Under the pieces are notes generated by a model. That model searched no databases. It was not told the DNA's origin and saw nothing but the letters and a program-made list of their open reading frames with translations. A stretch of DNA of 55,250 nt, taken from IMG/VR virus record IMGVR_UViG_3300027241_000181. One strand, written 5' to 3'. The DNA comes from an uncultured virus (IMG/VR IMGVR_UViG_3300027241_000181). Its lineage: Duplodnaviria > Heunggongvirae > Uroviricota > Caudoviricetes. The stretch's first letter is position 1. Every line of letters starts with the position of its first letter. Made by a program: the position numbers and the translations under genes. This document shows, in pieces, positions 12,389-22,778 of the stretch.

Positions 12389-14086
12389 ATGCTATCTAAA
12401 CAGTCTCTATCAAATTTAAAGCTTAGTAAGCTAGGAGCTGATATTTCAACAGGTAATGGGTATTATTTAGGAGAACGCGGCTCTAGAATTTCCATCGGAG
12501 AAACACTTAGGATGGTAAATAGGAATGGATTTTTGGGTGTAGACGGCATGCCAAATGGCTCTGGCGACGCTAGAGTATCGGGTTACCATAACGCTACTAA
12601 TTTATCTTTTAGCCAAATATTTGGGTCAGGCGACACGGTAGGAAACAATCTCGTTTACGTTAAATCTACTCCATACTCTTCAGGAATGTGGAGATCCGAT
12701 CTTTCACCTTATTACACTTCTAATTCAGGTGCTTCAGGTGCTATGATTGCTGGAACTAACGGAGATCTTAATGGCGCTTTCATCGGATACGGTCCTAATT
12801 ACGAATCTTATTACATGTGGGGAGGTAACTCTAAACACTGGAGGATTGGTACCAACATCTACAGGCTTTCTGCTGATGGCTCTGAATTCCAAAGAGTTTA
12901 TACGTGGCATCACGTCACAGATTCAATTGGAGATCAATCTTCAGTTTCATTAGGTCTTGGAGGTATGGAACCAAGTTCGAACCTTAAATACACTGGTACA
13001 ATCTATAGACTTCAGGATAATGGTAATCCAACAGCCGCGATTGGAGCATATAACATTTCAACTAACCAACTTAACAATAACTCCTGGATGGCTAGAAACG
13101 CTATTAACGGCGTAAACCAATGGGGTCAACCTTTGGATGCTATTGATGTTGGGACTAGTCCATCAGGACTAAGAACGGGTCTGTTCCTATGGCAAAGACA
13201 GTGGTGGGGACCAAGACTTGTTTTATTTAAACATAACGGTTCTTCAATTACAACTCAAAATGCACAATCATTGGACGTGTTCTATCAAGGTTGGATTTAT
13301 GACCATAATTTTGGTGGTCAAGGTGGAGTTGCATGGTCTCCTCATACCAATAAGGTAGTTACTATTTTCACGTACGAACCAAACGGTACTACATATGGTA
13401 GAAATATTGCTATCAACAACGTCACAATTGATCCTGACAACGCAACCTTTACTTCTTCACCAGAGACTGATGTTATTCAGTTCATCTGGGGCGGCAATGA
13501 TCCGTGTAAACCAGATTATGGGCAATACACTGGAGGTCACATCGATTGGATGGCTTACCACCCTGATTTTGGAGATATTTGGGCGTATGCATTTATGAAC
13601 GTATCACAAAATAGAATAATCGTTAGACTTGCTACAGTCAATTGGGATCAGTGGGAGCGCGATGGTAACAGATGTAACTGGCCTGAAGTCGGACAATACA
13701 TTTATACTGGAATCAATGCACTTCAGAGATGTAGAGTTACTAGATTACACGTTATAGATGATAATGGTCAAGGCGGACCTACTGTGTTTTTTGCACTATC
13801 TTATGTTAATTCTTCAAACCAAACTGTTGTTAAAATCTATAGAGGTGGCCCATCATTTGGTTTGTTTGAAATCGCTTCATATATTCCAAACAACAGAGGT
13901 CTTTTAGCCCGTAATGGCGGCGGATCGGTAAATAACGAATATGGATGGGGTACTGGTCAACATGCTATTGTTATGGGTACGACTAATGATGGAGCACAAA
14001 CAACATACACTTGGGATGGTTCTAAGTCGGGTTCATTATCTAGATCTGGAGACCAAGACCAAACATTAGCAATTAAATTAGTATAA
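12389..14086 (+). CDS. putative virion/fibre-associated beta-rich protein
   Basis: 565 aa, G/N/W/Y-rich, located in the structural cluster. Confidence 0.5.
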   Translation: MLSKQSLSNLKLSKLGADISTGNGYYLGERGSRISIGETLRMVNRNGFLGVDGMPNGSGDARVSGYHNATNLSFSQIFGSGDTVGNNLVYVKSTPYSSGMWRSDLSPYYTSNSGASGAMIAGTNGDLNGAFIGYGPNYESYYMWGGNSKHWRIGTNIYRLSADGSEFQRVYTWHHVTDSIGDQSSVSLGLGGMEPSSNLKYTGTIYRLQDNGNPTAAIGAYNISTNQLNNNSWMARNAINGVNQWGQPLDAIDVGTSPSGLRTGLFLWQRQWWGPRLVLFKHNGSSITTQNAQSLDVFYQGWIYDHNFGGQGGVAWSPHTNKVVTIFTYEPNGTTYGRNIAINNVTIDPDNATFTSSPETDVIQFIWGGNDPCKPDYGQYTGGHIDWMAYHPDFGDIWAYAFMNVSQNRIIVRLATVNWDQWERDGNRCNWPEVGQYIYTGINALQRCRVTRLHVIDDNGQGGPTVFFALSYVNSSNQTVVKIYRGGPSFGLFEIASYIPNNRGLLARNGGGSVNNEYGWGTGQHAIVMGTTNDGAQTTYTWDGSKSGSLSRSGDQDQTLAIKLV

Positions 14087-14089
14087 GCC

Positions 14090-14794
14090 ATGATTTACCA
14101 CAATTTGAAAACAATGTTCATTGAGATCACAAAGAACGCTTCTGTCTCAGTTAAAAAAACTCTTTCTGGTCAGGATATTATTGTTCCATCTCATGAAACA
14201 TACGACATGCTAATGTCTATTTCTAACTTTAATGGTGAAGATATTAGCGATTACTACAAATTCACAATTAGTAGAAATCCATACGACAGATTCTGCTCAG
14301 GGTTTGAATACATGCAAGTTGCAATGAGATGGCCTCAAAGTTTCGATGAAACTCTAGATTATCTTATTGCATGTGATGCAAGAGCAAATGGTGAACCAAT
14401 TTCAGTCCTTGACTCTAACGGTGATCCAATCGCTGAAAAATCAGAAAGAGCATTAGACGGCCAGCTACAATACTGGTGGGATGATGCTCCTATTCTAGTG
14501 TGGCCACAGGTCGGTTTCATTAAGAGTGAAGGTTTGAATGGTGCTATTGCTATCACGAATAACTTCAAACTTGAAGAAATTGATCAACAGTGGCCAACTA
14601 TCGCCGCAGCAATTGCAGCTAAGTCCGGCGTTAGCTTACCAAACGAGTTGCCTGTTACTAACTCTCTTCCTGACAGACCAGATTGGAAAACGTACTTTGA
14701 AGGTGAATTAGGTCAAACTAGAATGTCAAAAATTCAACAGCTTTATGCTGATGATTTCGCAACATTCGGTTACAGCACTGAAATCACTTTCTAA
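14090..14794 (+). CDS. sulfotransferase family 2 protein
   Basis: FIEITKNASVSV (5'-PSB) and SRNPYDRFCSGFEY (3'-PB); C-terminal LYADDFATFGY. Confidence 0.8.
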   Translation: MIYHNLKTMFIEITKNASVSVKKTLSGQDIIVPSHETYDMLMSISNFNGEDISDYYKFTISRNPYDRFCSGFEYMQVAMRWPQSFDETLDYLIACDARANGEPISVLDSNGDPIAEKSERALDGQLQYWWDDAPILVWPQVGFIKSEGLNGAIAITNNFKLEEIDQQWPTIAAAIAAKSGVSLPNELPVTNSLPDRPDWKTYFEGELGQTRMSKIQQLYADDFATFGYSTEITF

Positions 14795-14813
14795 TCTTTA
14801 ACTTTTTTAAAAG

Positions 14814-14841
14814 AAAAGCCCGCTGAAAAGCGGGCTTTTTT
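14814..14841 (+). terminator. intrinsic terminator
   Basis: AAAAGCCCGC-TGAAAA-GCGGGCTTTT plus T-run. Confidence 0.85.
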
Positions 14842-14897
14842 ACTATTATAAGGTTGGGCGTGTGATATATATGATATAAAAATATCTCACCACTTAA

Positions 14898-17102
14898 ATG
14901 GCAAATAGAATTAAAAAAAATGTTGGCATTGATGCAAATGCATCAAACGTTGGAGGATGGTCAATCGCCTCAAAAGAAGGTATGGGTCCTTCATCTTCAA
15001 CGGGATTCTTCAACGGTTTACAAATTCCTACAGGAGGTTATGCACTTTATTCTAGTAACATTGATGCTAGAATTGCATCAAACGATGATGAATTAATTGA
15101 AATCCTAAATAAAATGGGAGCTTCAATCGCAGTTGACGATTTAGCTCGAGGGTTAGAATGGGCTAAAAACAATGATGTTCTAATCATTAATAGTAACTAC
15201 TCAAATGTGGTCACCGATGGATTGATTATGAACGTTGAATCTAAACACAATGAAGGCTATTATTATCAAGTTCCAACCACTAATCTTCTTTCTTCAGGTG
15301 ATCCAAATTCTAATATTGCGTGGACTAACAGCGGTGAATGGACGATTAATAACAATGCAACCGATATTGAAAAACCATTTACAAATCATGGTGGACCATC
15401 AAACGTATTGACAATTTTGAGAGGTCAGAGTGTGACAACCGGTAGTCAGCATTGGGGTTGTGCAGGTTTTAGCGGCTTGCCTTCAACAACGTACACTATT
15501 TCAGTTTGGTTTAGACAGTCAAGAGCTGGTTCAAACCAACCTTACTTTAGAACCAACGTTAATAACAATTCTTTAGGTAATTTTAATTGGAATGGAGACA
15601 CTAATGCTGCAAACTGGCCCGTTAATCAATGGATCAGAATTTCATGTACTGCAACTCTTCAATCTAACGAAACTGGAGCGTATTTGAGTAACTATATCGG
15701 AGGAGAAGCTAGAGATATTGTTTGGTACTATGCACCTATGGTTGAATTAGGAAGTATTATGTCGCCGTTTGTGCACGGTTCTAGATCAGAGAATAACACT
15801 TGGATTGATTTAACTGGAAATGGAAACCATGCTTATAAAGGTCAAGGAGAATGGAATGCAGCTAAAAGATATTGGGATTCAAAATTTGATCCAGCATATT
15901 ATGGTGGTAAAGACAGATTGCAATTTAATGTTTCTCACTCAGCTTCTTTGAATGATGCTATGGCCAAAACATCAGGTGGTTGGGTAATTGAAGAACTTGT
16001 TAGAATCGACGATAACACATATCCAGAAGCTGCAGCAGGTGCTGTTATTTCAGGTGGTTATGGATCTGGGTCAATCGGCTTTGATTGGAACCATGGTGTA
16101 TATAACACCGCAATTAGAATGGGTCTAGCAGATGGCTCACTGTCAAATTACACAATTGACGCTTCATGGCCCCTGCCTTCTAAGTTTCAAACTCTTGGAA
16201 AATGGTATCGTAGAAGCTTTTTCTGGAATAGAGATAATAATACAATGGGTGTCTATTACAATGGTGAATTGATTGGAACTACGGACATTTCATTAACAGC
16301 TGGTAAAATATTATATGATGGTGGAGGCATTTCATTCGGTGAAATGTACGGATGGTGTCACGATGGAGCTAGAGCAGAAATAAAATTGTACAATAGAATT
16401 CTTTCTCAAGAAGAAGTTTCTCAAAACGTGCATGGCGGTCCTATTGTAACAAATGGTTTAACATTCGCAGCTGATGCAGGTAATTTAATATGTTATGAAA
16501 GCGGATCTACTTCTATGTACTCATTAGCAGATTCTCTTGAAGGAACTTTGGTAAATGGCACAGGATGGAATAGTTCAAATGGTGGTTTTTGGGAATTTGA
16601 TAATTCGAATGATAAAATTATTATTCCAAATAACGCAGCATTTAATCATACTTCACAATTAACTATAGAATCATGGGTAAGGTTTGATGGTAACAGCGAT
16701 GATTTTATATTTGAAAAAGGTGATGTAAATACCCAGTATAGTTTGTTTAGCCATGGTACAGATATAGTATTTAGAACTTACCACGCAGGTGATGGCGGAT
16801 ATGATACATTTGCTCCTAATAAAACCGAAGTTGGCATTGTTAATGGTCAGTGGCACCACATTGTGGGTTCTTGGGATGGTTCAACAAAGCGAATTTACGT
16901 TGATGGAGTTGAGAGACGTAGCAAATCTAAAAGTGGAGCTCTTGTTACAACTTCTAAAGGGGCTGCTATTGGAGCATTTGGCGGTGATACATCAGGGTAT
17001 TATTTTGGTGGAGATATTGCTATAGTAAGAATTTACAATAAAGGTTTATCTACTAGTGAAGTTCTTCAAAACTATAATGCACATGTAACAAGATTCAAAT
17101 AA
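14898..17102 (+). CDS. LamG/concanavalin A-like lectin domain virion protein
   Basis: C-terminal TIESWV...GQWHHIVGSWDGSTKRIYVDG...FGGDIAIVRIYNKGLS...EV is a LamG signature. A second LamG-like unit and a CBM-like insert lie upstream. Confidence 0.8.
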   Translation: MANRIKKNVGIDANASNVGGWSIASKEGMGPSSSTGFFNGLQIPTGGYALYSSNIDARIASNDDELIEILNKMGASIAVDDLARGLEWAKNNDVLIINSNYSNVVTDGLIMNVESKHNEGYYYQVPTTNLLSSGDPNSNIAWTNSGEWTINNNATDIEKPFTNHGGPSNVLTILRGQSVTTGSQHWGCAGFSGLPSTTYTISVWFRQSRAGSNQPYFRTNVNNNSLGNFNWNGDTNAANWPVNQWIRISCTATLQSNETGAYLSNYIGGEARDIVWYYAPMVELGSIMSPFVHGSRSENNTWIDLTGNGNHAYKGQGEWNAAKRYWDSKFDPAYYGGKDRLQFNVSHSASLNDAMAKTSGGWVIEELVRIDDNTYPEAAAGAVISGGYGSGSIGFDWNHGVYNTAIRMGLADGSLSNYTIDASWPLPSKFQTLGKWYRRSFFWNRDNNTMGVYYNGELIGTTDISLTAGKILYDGGGISFGEMYGWCHDGARAEIKLYNRILSQEEVSQNVHGGPIVTNGLTFAADAGNLICYESGSTSMYSLADSLEGTLVNGTGWNSSNGGFWEFDNSNDKIIIPNNAAFNHTSQLTIESWVRFDGNSDDFIFEKGDVNTQYSLFSHGTDIVFRTYHAGDGGYDTFAPNKTEVGIVNGQWHHIVGSWDGSTKRIYVDGVERRSKSKSGALVTTSKGAAIGAFGGDTSGYYFGGDIAIVRIYNKGLSTSEVLQNYNAHVTRFK

Positions 17103-17114
17103 AGAAAAATAACT

Positions 17115-17351
17115 ATGGAAAGAGAATTAAAGTATATGATTTTAAACGCTAATGAGGTTGATGCTATTAACTTTATGGACGTAATGGACCAATCGGCTGA
17201 ATCTTTAGTTAGATCTAAAGACGGTTCTAAAATTTATGTAAAGTGGGAAAGAGATGATGTTCCATCTAGCATTGCAGCTCTAACAACAAAAGAAGGACCT
17301 TATGCTGCTAGCGAAATGCAGGCTATTTTGCAGGGTTCCGATTGGAAATAA
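17115..17351 (+). CDS. small hypothetical virion-associated protein
   Basis: 78-aa ORF tightly coupled between the two LamG genes. Confidence 0.6.
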   Translation: MERELKYMILNANEVDAINFMDVMDQSAESLVRSKDGSKIYVKWERDDVPSSIAALTTKEGPYAASEMQAILQGSDWK

Positions 17352-17364
17352 ACACACATAGATA

Positions 17365-18852
17365 ATGTCAATTATAACATCAACATATAATGGTTATCCA
17401 GTAGAGTTTGACGGACAGTGGATGAAAGTATTTAGTCACTATTCAGGTGGCGGTGAATTCTTTAGCACGGCTAATGACTGGGATGAAGCCAAATGGTCTA
17501 ATCCTGGTAATCCAAGTGCGAATAAGTATTCAATCATGGCTTACATTAAGAACTTTAGATTTGACGGTAAATACACTTTCAAACTTGTATATCCTCAATA
17601 CCCTGATAGAAACAATATCTGGTCTCAAGCTCAAAACCCACTAGACATCATGGAGGTGGTCGATAATGTGGTTAAAATTGAAACCGGATGGAACAATAAC
17701 TATTGGAACGGTCTTACTAGATCTAGCCAGACTGGAACCACATTTTTAGATGGCTCAAATCCACACGGTAACTGGTACTTTGCAGTTGCTTCAGCTTCTT
17801 CATGGAGTGGAGCTACCAATTTCCCAGGTCCTGGTGTTCCTGTTAACAGAGCTGAGCTTTGGATCAAAGCAACAGGTGATGATATGAAGGCAGTCTATCA
17901 TAAAGGAGATGCAGCTGTACCATCTAATGTTGAAGCTAAGGCTCAACTTGGCGAATGGTCAGGTTACGGTTCTGAGCCGGTTGCAAGAACTTCAATGGTT
18001 GGTCTTCCAACTGGTGCTGGTAGAGACCTTCAAGTTTGGGCGAACGATGGTGTAACTCCAAGATTCTATTCTGCAGCTTCAAACGCAGGTCAACTTAAGC
18101 ACATTGCATCTCAGTTAGCTGGTACAACATTTGAAACACCGGGTGATGCTATCTCTTGGTTGAATGCAAATGCTGGAACGTACCACTTACATAATGAAGA
18201 CTTGTATCCTACAGTGGATGGACTATGGGCTTCTTATGATTTTGCTAATCCAAATTCATTTAATAATAGTGGAACTCTCTATGATCTTTCAGGTCAAGGT
18301 CGCCATGCTTCAGGTGGTTCACACGATGTTGAAGACGTTCAAGGAGTAAAAGCTTATTATTTTAGAAGCTTTGAAAAGTTTGTTACGCCAGAGATTGGAA
18401 ACCTTGGAACAGGAAGTTGTACGCTTGAATCTATGATTTATGCTGATGCAAATGAATTGTCATCGGGCGATAGAGGATGTATTATGAGAGCGCATATTTA
18501 CATGTCATGGAACAAATCAAATCAAAGGCTAAGCTCGTATTGGTATTCAACTGATAACCAAGGTTACCACGAACCTTCACAGGTAATGAGTAGAAATCAG
18601 TGGTATCATTTAACAACTGTTTGGGATTACTCAACAGGGTATTTAAAACAATACATTGATGGTACTCTAGTTAATACGGTTGCAACGAGAGTTTCAAGTA
18701 ACAATGGTTATATTGGAGGACTTGATATTGGCCAAGAAGGAGATGGCAGACAGTTCTCTGGTGCTATTTCATTCATTAACGTTTATAAGAAAGCTCTTAC
18801 TGGCGCTGAAGTTGCTAGAAACTACGAATACTACTCAAAAAGAATTAGATAA
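17365..18852 (+). CDS. fibrinogen-like N-terminal domain + LamG domain protein
   Basis: N-terminal GQWMKVF...KYSI...FKL...NIWSQ...WNGL...WYFAV is FReD-like. C-terminal NQWYHLTTVWD...YIDG...FSGAISFINVYKKALT is LamG. Confidence 0.7.
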   Translation: MSIITSTYNGYPVEFDGQWMKVFSHYSGGGEFFSTANDWDEAKWSNPGNPSANKYSIMAYIKNFRFDGKYTFKLVYPQYPDRNNIWSQAQNPLDIMEVVDNVVKIETGWNNNYWNGLTRSSQTGTTFLDGSNPHGNWYFAVASASSWSGATNFPGPGVPVNRAELWIKATGDDMKAVYHKGDAAVPSNVEAKAQLGEWSGYGSEPVARTSMVGLPTGAGRDLQVWANDGVTPRFYSAASNAGQLKHIASQLAGTTFETPGDAISWLNANAGTYHLHNEDLYPTVDGLWASYDFANPNSFNNSGTLYDLSGQGRHASGGSHDVEDVQGVKAYYFRSFEKFVTPEIGNLGTGSCTLESMIYADANELSSGDRGCIMRAHIYMSWNKSNQRLSSYWYSTDNQGYHEPSQVMSRNQWYHLTTVWDYSTGYLKQYIDGTLVNTVATRVSSNNGYIGGLDIGQEGDGRQFSGAISFINVYKKALTGAEVARNYEYYSKRIR

Positions 18853-18854
18853 TC

Positions 18855-18977
18855 ATGAGAATAGAACAAGGAATTGATTTGAACGGAAATCCAATGTTTT
18901 TCGTTCTTAATGAGGCTGATCTACTTGCTTCATTCTCTTCACAGGAAGAAGCTCGAGATTATATCGCAAACAACTAA
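18855..18977 (+). CDS. small hypothetical protein (40 aa)
   Basis: MRIEQGIDLNGNPMFFVLNEADLLASFSSQEEARDYIANN; fills the gap between the preceding stop and the terminator. Confidence 0.6.
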   Translation: MRIEQGIDLNGNPMFFVLNEADLLASFSSQEEARDYIANN

Positions 18978-18979
18978 TT

Positions 18980-19003
18980 AAAAGCCCGCAAAGCGGGCTT
19001 TTT
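18980..19003 (+). terminator. intrinsic terminator
   Basis: AAAAGCCCGC-AAA-GCGGGCTTTTT. Confidence 0.85.
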
Positions 19004-19026
19004 AGTTTATAGACGATTGAAACTGT

Positions 19027-19054
19027 AAACAAATCGATTAGAGTTAGATATAAT
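19027..19054 (+). promoter_or_regulatory. putative phage promoter, AAAC-N17/18-TATAA class
   Basis: One of at least 12 copies with fixed spacing upstream of genes (see findings). Confidence 0.6.
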
Positions 19055-19070
19055 TGTAAATCGATTTAAC

Positions 19071-20084
19071 ATGAAGATCCTCGTTTACGTAGGTTATCAA
19101 AACACTAACATAACTCCTCAGCGAATTGAAAGCTGCGATGGGGTTGGCGGTACTGAGATTGCAGCTCTAAAATTGGCTGAGGGCCTTGCGAAGAGGGGTC
19201 ACGCGGTTTGTTTTGGTGGACAAGTAGAAAGTACATTCCACAATGGAGTTACGTGGCTTAACATTGATCAGTGCCATCAACAACATTTTGATCTGTTGAT
19301 CGCTGCATCATACCTCCACTATTTAAAAGAGTTTAACAATTTCGATAAGTCACTATTCTGGTTCCATAACACAGATTGGTTTCCTTGGTGGAGAGGCGAG
19401 GCTGTGATTGATTCCTCATGGTTAGAAGATCCTCGAATCAATGGATTCATTGCCCTAACTGAGTGGCACAAGCAGCAATTGATCAGAGATTACAGCCTGC
19501 AGAAACCAATCCACGTAATTGGTAACGGTATTGATCGAAATGATTTTCCATCTTGGAAAGTTGAAAAGATTCCAAATTCATTCATCTATTCTTCTGCCCG
19601 TGAAAGAGGATTGTATGATCTTCTAAAGATGTGGCCTAGAATACATCAGAATCTCATTGGAGCAACCCTAAGAGTGTTCGGGCCCGGGTACGATATAGAT
19701 AATAGCCCATTGCCACAATTAGACGGTGTCACCTATATGGGCACTGTTGATCAAATGACTCTTCACAACTGGCAGATGAAATCAGAGTACTGGTTACACC
19801 CCACGCATTATGAAGAAACTTACGGCATCACTGCATTGGAAGCGCAATATTGCGGAGCCATACCTATTACAACCAATCTTGCCGCTCTGTCAGAAGTGGT
19901 GGGCAATCGAGGTTTTTTACTCGAAAGTGGTGAAACAGACACTGACATTCTAAATATAATCAAAGTACTTCACGGATCTCCAGAGGTTAAAGCTAAACTC
20001 AGACGTAGAGCTCACGAATGGGCAAAGCAGCAAACCTGGAACTTTCGAGTCGAACAATGGTTACACATCATAAACACAATATGA
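19071..20084 (+). CDS. GT-B (GT4-like) glycosyltransferase
   Basis: GVGGTE N-terminal motif; YSSARERGL; EETYGITALEA motif. Confidence 0.8.
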   Translation: MKILVYVGYQNTNITPQRIESCDGVGGTEIAALKLAEGLAKRGHAVCFGGQVESTFHNGVTWLNIDQCHQQHFDLLIAASYLHYLKEFNNFDKSLFWFHNTDWFPWWRGEAVIDSSWLEDPRINGFIALTEWHKQQLIRDYSLQKPIHVIGNGIDRNDFPSWKVEKIPNSFIYSSARERGLYDLLKMWPRIHQNLIGATLRVFGPGYDIDNSPLPQLDGVTYMGTVDQMTLHNWQMKSEYWLHPTHYEETYGITALEAQYCGAIPITTNLAALSEVVGNRGFLLESGETDTDILNIIKVLHGSPEVKAKLRRRAHEWAKQQTWNFRVEQWLHIINTI

Positions 20085-20704
20085 ACTACGCAGAAATCTT
20101 AGACACTTCAAATTGGCAAGCATGGGTTGACAAATACATCAATCCGGCAATTGCTAGAGGCGAATATCAGCTGATGATTGATGAATTGGGACCTAGTGTA
20201 GCTGAGTTCCCATTGTTTACTCAACGGTTCTGTGAGGAACTAATCATCCTAGCTGAAACTCAAGGCGAATGGACTCTTGGCCGCCACGAATTCTATCCAA
20301 CTAATGATATGTTGATGGATGCCGTTGGTATGAAAGAGATCTACACTCGAGTTATCAGAGAATTTGTTGCCCCACTTGCAACGTATTATTGGACTCTTGA
20401 AGGCCAGGGATGGGACACAGTTGAAGACGAAACATTCATAATTCGCTATCGTGCAGATAAACAGGGTCATCTCTCACTACATCACGATCATTCATCCTAT
20501 ACGATAGCAGTAAAATTGAACGATGAGTTTGAAGGCGGTGGAACCTATTTCCCAGCTTACAAGTTGAACGCTAATCCAAAACGAGTAGGTAACGCAATTC
20601 TACACCCAGGTATGATTAGTCACCGCCACGGAGGTCGACCAGTTTATAGTGGTACCCGTTACATTACGGTATCATTTATTCGCAACACGAAAATCTTTAA
20701 GTAA
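20081..20704 (+). CDS. 2OG-Fe(II) dioxygenase resembling the procollagen lysyl hydroxylase (PLOD) catalytic domain
   Basis: FPLFT...PTND...FIIRY...LHHDHSSYT...LN..FEGGGTYF...HPG..SHRHGG.PV.SGTRYI.VSFI. The ATG at 20081 overlaps the upstream stop; the ORF track starts at 20018. Confidence 0.8.
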   Translation: MNYAEILDTSNWQAWVDKYINPAIARGEYQLMIDELGPSVAEFPLFTQRFCEELIILAETQGEWTLGRHEFYPTNDMLMDAVGMKEIYTRVIREFVAPLATYYWTLEGQGWDTVEDETFIIRYRADKQGHLSLHHDHSSYTIAVKLNDEFEGGGTYFPAYKLNANPKRVGNAILHPGMISHRHGGRPVYSGTRYITVSFIRNTKIFK

Positions 20705-21136
20705 ATGAAGCAGGACCTTAACTTGCAATCCGCTTTTGGAGATGATGGCAATCTAATTAGCCCACATCTACCCGAAGGAATCAAGAATTACTTGATTGAC
20801 ATCGACGGTACTATTACCGATGACGTGCCAAACGAAGAACCAGAGAGAATGAAATACGTGCTTCCTTACCCAGAATCACGCGATATTCTGAATCAATGGT
20901 TTGACGAAGGTCACATCATTACGTTCTTCACATCTCGTACCGAGGAGCACCGTCAAATCACTGAAGAGTGGTTAAACAAACACGGCTTTAAATACCACGG
21001 TATGTTGATGAACAAACCTCGAGGTGGCAATTATCACTGGATTGACAATCATATCGTTAAAGCAACTCGCTATAATGGTGTATGGTCAAACCTGGTCAAG
21101 CGCGAAAAGACTGTAGAGGTGTTCGAAGACAGGTGA
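20705..21136 (+). CDS. capless HAD-superfamily phosphatase
   Basis: LIDIDGT motif I, FTSR motif II, K, WIDN motif IV. Confidence 0.75.
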   Translation: MKQDLNLQSAFGDDGNLISPHLPEGIKNYLIDIDGTITDDVPNEEPERMKYVLPYPESRDILNQWFDEGHIITFFTSRTEEHRQITEEWLNKHGFKYHGMLMNKPRGGNYHWIDNHIVKATRYNGVWSNLVKREKTVEVFEDR

Positions 21137-21150
21137 TTGATATATACTCT

Positions 21151-22083
21151 ATGGAGTTAATCAAGAAGTATTCACAATTCGTTAACGAAAAGCAAGTTCA
21201 AGGCCAGCTGCAACAGCTGGCTTTGACCGTTGCTGTGGATATGCCTGATAACAAGTATATCTATGATCCAGCTTTCAGTACTGGTCGAATGTGGAAGTTG
21301 ATTACAAAAGAAGAAAAACACATCGGTGAAACTACTCAACCCGTTCTAAACTACTCGAACTGGAACACCGATCGTTTAATCGACCAAGGATACGATTCAT
21401 CACTCGTTTACAACTCAGTTATCGCTAAAGAAAAGGTTTCATCAAAGAAAGATTGGCACGTTTTGCACGAAGGTTCGGCTTACCTTCCAAAATCAGTGTA
21501 CGCGCCTTCAGACATTAAGAACCTTTCATTTCCAGTTGTCGCAAAACCAGATAACAGATACGCCGGTCAAGGCATTGTGGTTTTTGATAGAGCTGAAGAT
21601 ACTAAAGGCGTACAGATGGAACAGTTCGCAGTCTTTTCAGAAAAGATTGACATTAAAGAAGAATTTAGAGTGTTCTGCTGGAGAGGCGAACCTCTAATGA
21701 CTGTTTATCGAGTTCCAGCCAACGACGAAACTGAGAACCTTTCAAAAGATCCAAAAGACAAGCTTAAATTTAATTATGAGCTTGCAGATAATATACCGCA
21801 AGACGCATTTGAACCTATCAAAGAGTTCAATGCAAAACATTCTGACTTAGATTTCTATTCCGTTGATTTCGCAAGAGCAAACAATGGCGATCTATATGTA
21901 ATTGAAATGTCATCTGAACCTGGACCAATCTTTGGAATTCTAGGTGAAGTGTACAAAAGAATGTACGTAGATCACCATGGTCAAGAATTACAACTTGCGA
22001 TTTATGAACAAATTAACAAATGGATTCAACAGGACATTGATGCAACAATCGCATCAGAACCTGGAAGGTTTAAACGAAGATGA
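21151..22083 (+). CDS. ATP-grasp (RimK-like) protein
   Basis: FPVVAKP...GQGI...EFRV...SVDF...YVIE..SEPG. Start chosen at ATG 21151, after a GATATATA motif. Confidence 0.65.
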   Translation: MELIKKYSQFVNEKQVQGQLQQLALTVAVDMPDNKYIYDPAFSTGRMWKLITKEEKHIGETTQPVLNYSNWNTDRLIDQGYDSSLVYNSVIAKEKVSSKKDWHVLHEGSAYLPKSVYAPSDIKNLSFPVVAKPDNRYAGQGIVVFDRAEDTKGVQMEQFAVFSEKIDIKEEFRVFCWRGEPLMTVYRVPANDETENLSKDPKDKLKFNYELADNIPQDAFEPIKEFNAKHSDLDFYSVDFARANNGDLYVIEMSSEPGPIFGILGEVYKRMYVDHHGQELQLAIYEQINKWIQQDIDATIASEPGRFKRR

Positions 22084-22436
22084 TTATGGGCTATCCTGAC
22101 ATGAAATGTATGTACATTACGATTTGGGTTCATCACATGCAGATTGATGAACTGTTTGATTTTATGACTAGTAGAATCGATATGCCACCTCCGTTTTGGT
22201 ACAATCACGAAGAGTGTCCTTACACGGTCACCGGCGGTTACACTGCAATCAATTTAACGTATGAAGCTTTTAGTCGATTAAGATCGATTAGAGATTGGGA
22301 GGATCCATTTGCCCAAGAGAGAAATCATTTCGCTTCTTTTAGAGAAGAGTTAGAAGAAACTGAATGGGACGTTACATTGAGCGATGGTCTAGATCATCTC
22401 GGCGATGATTGGGAAGATTTCGTTGACGAACAATAA
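22080..22436 (+). CDS. hypothetical protein
   Basis: 118-aa ORF with ATGA overlap to the upstream gene. Confidence 0.55.
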   Translation: MIMGYPDMKCMYITIWVHHMQIDELFDFMTSRIDMPPPFWYNHEECPYTVTGGYTAINLTYEAFSRLRSIRDWEDPFAQERNHFASFREELEETEWDVTLSDGLDHLGDDWEDFVDEQ

Positions 22437-22465
22437 ACTTTTTATTTTTTTATCATATAATTTTA

Positions 22466-22500
22466 CCGGGTCGTGGGTTTTTGTTATATTAGCCCTATAA
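22466..22500 (+). promoter_or_regulatory. putative early/host-sigma promoter (CCGGGTC-N12-TATATTAG class)
   Basis: Same architecture at 33466, 33774 and 35947; the core resembles the Bacteroidota -7 element TAnnTTTG. Confidence 0.55.
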
Positions 22501-22514
22501 CCCAGCAAAAGAAT

Positions 22515-22778
22515 ATGGCAAAGAAAGCAAAAGCTAAACCAAAGGCAACGGTCACCAAACCAAAAATTGGCAACTGGTACACCTTCACGTTCGCAGGTGG
22601 ACCTCTTCTAGGTATTTTAGATCAGAAGAACGACAAACTCACAAACCTTTATGGAGTTGCTTGGTTCTGGATGCGAGTTCCATCTAATAGGTCTTACAGT
22701 TCAGGAAGTCATACAGCACGTGACGTCAGATACCCCGTTTCAATCTATAACATAATAGCAGAACATAATGTACAGTAA
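22515..22778 (+). CDS. hypothetical protein
   Basis: ATG at 22515 downstream of the promoter motif; basic N-terminus. Confidence 0.55.
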   Translation: MAKKAKAKPKATVTKPKIGNWYTFTFAGGPLLGILDQKNDKLTNLYGVAWFWMRVPSNRSYSSGSHTARDVRYPVSIYNIIAEHNVQ

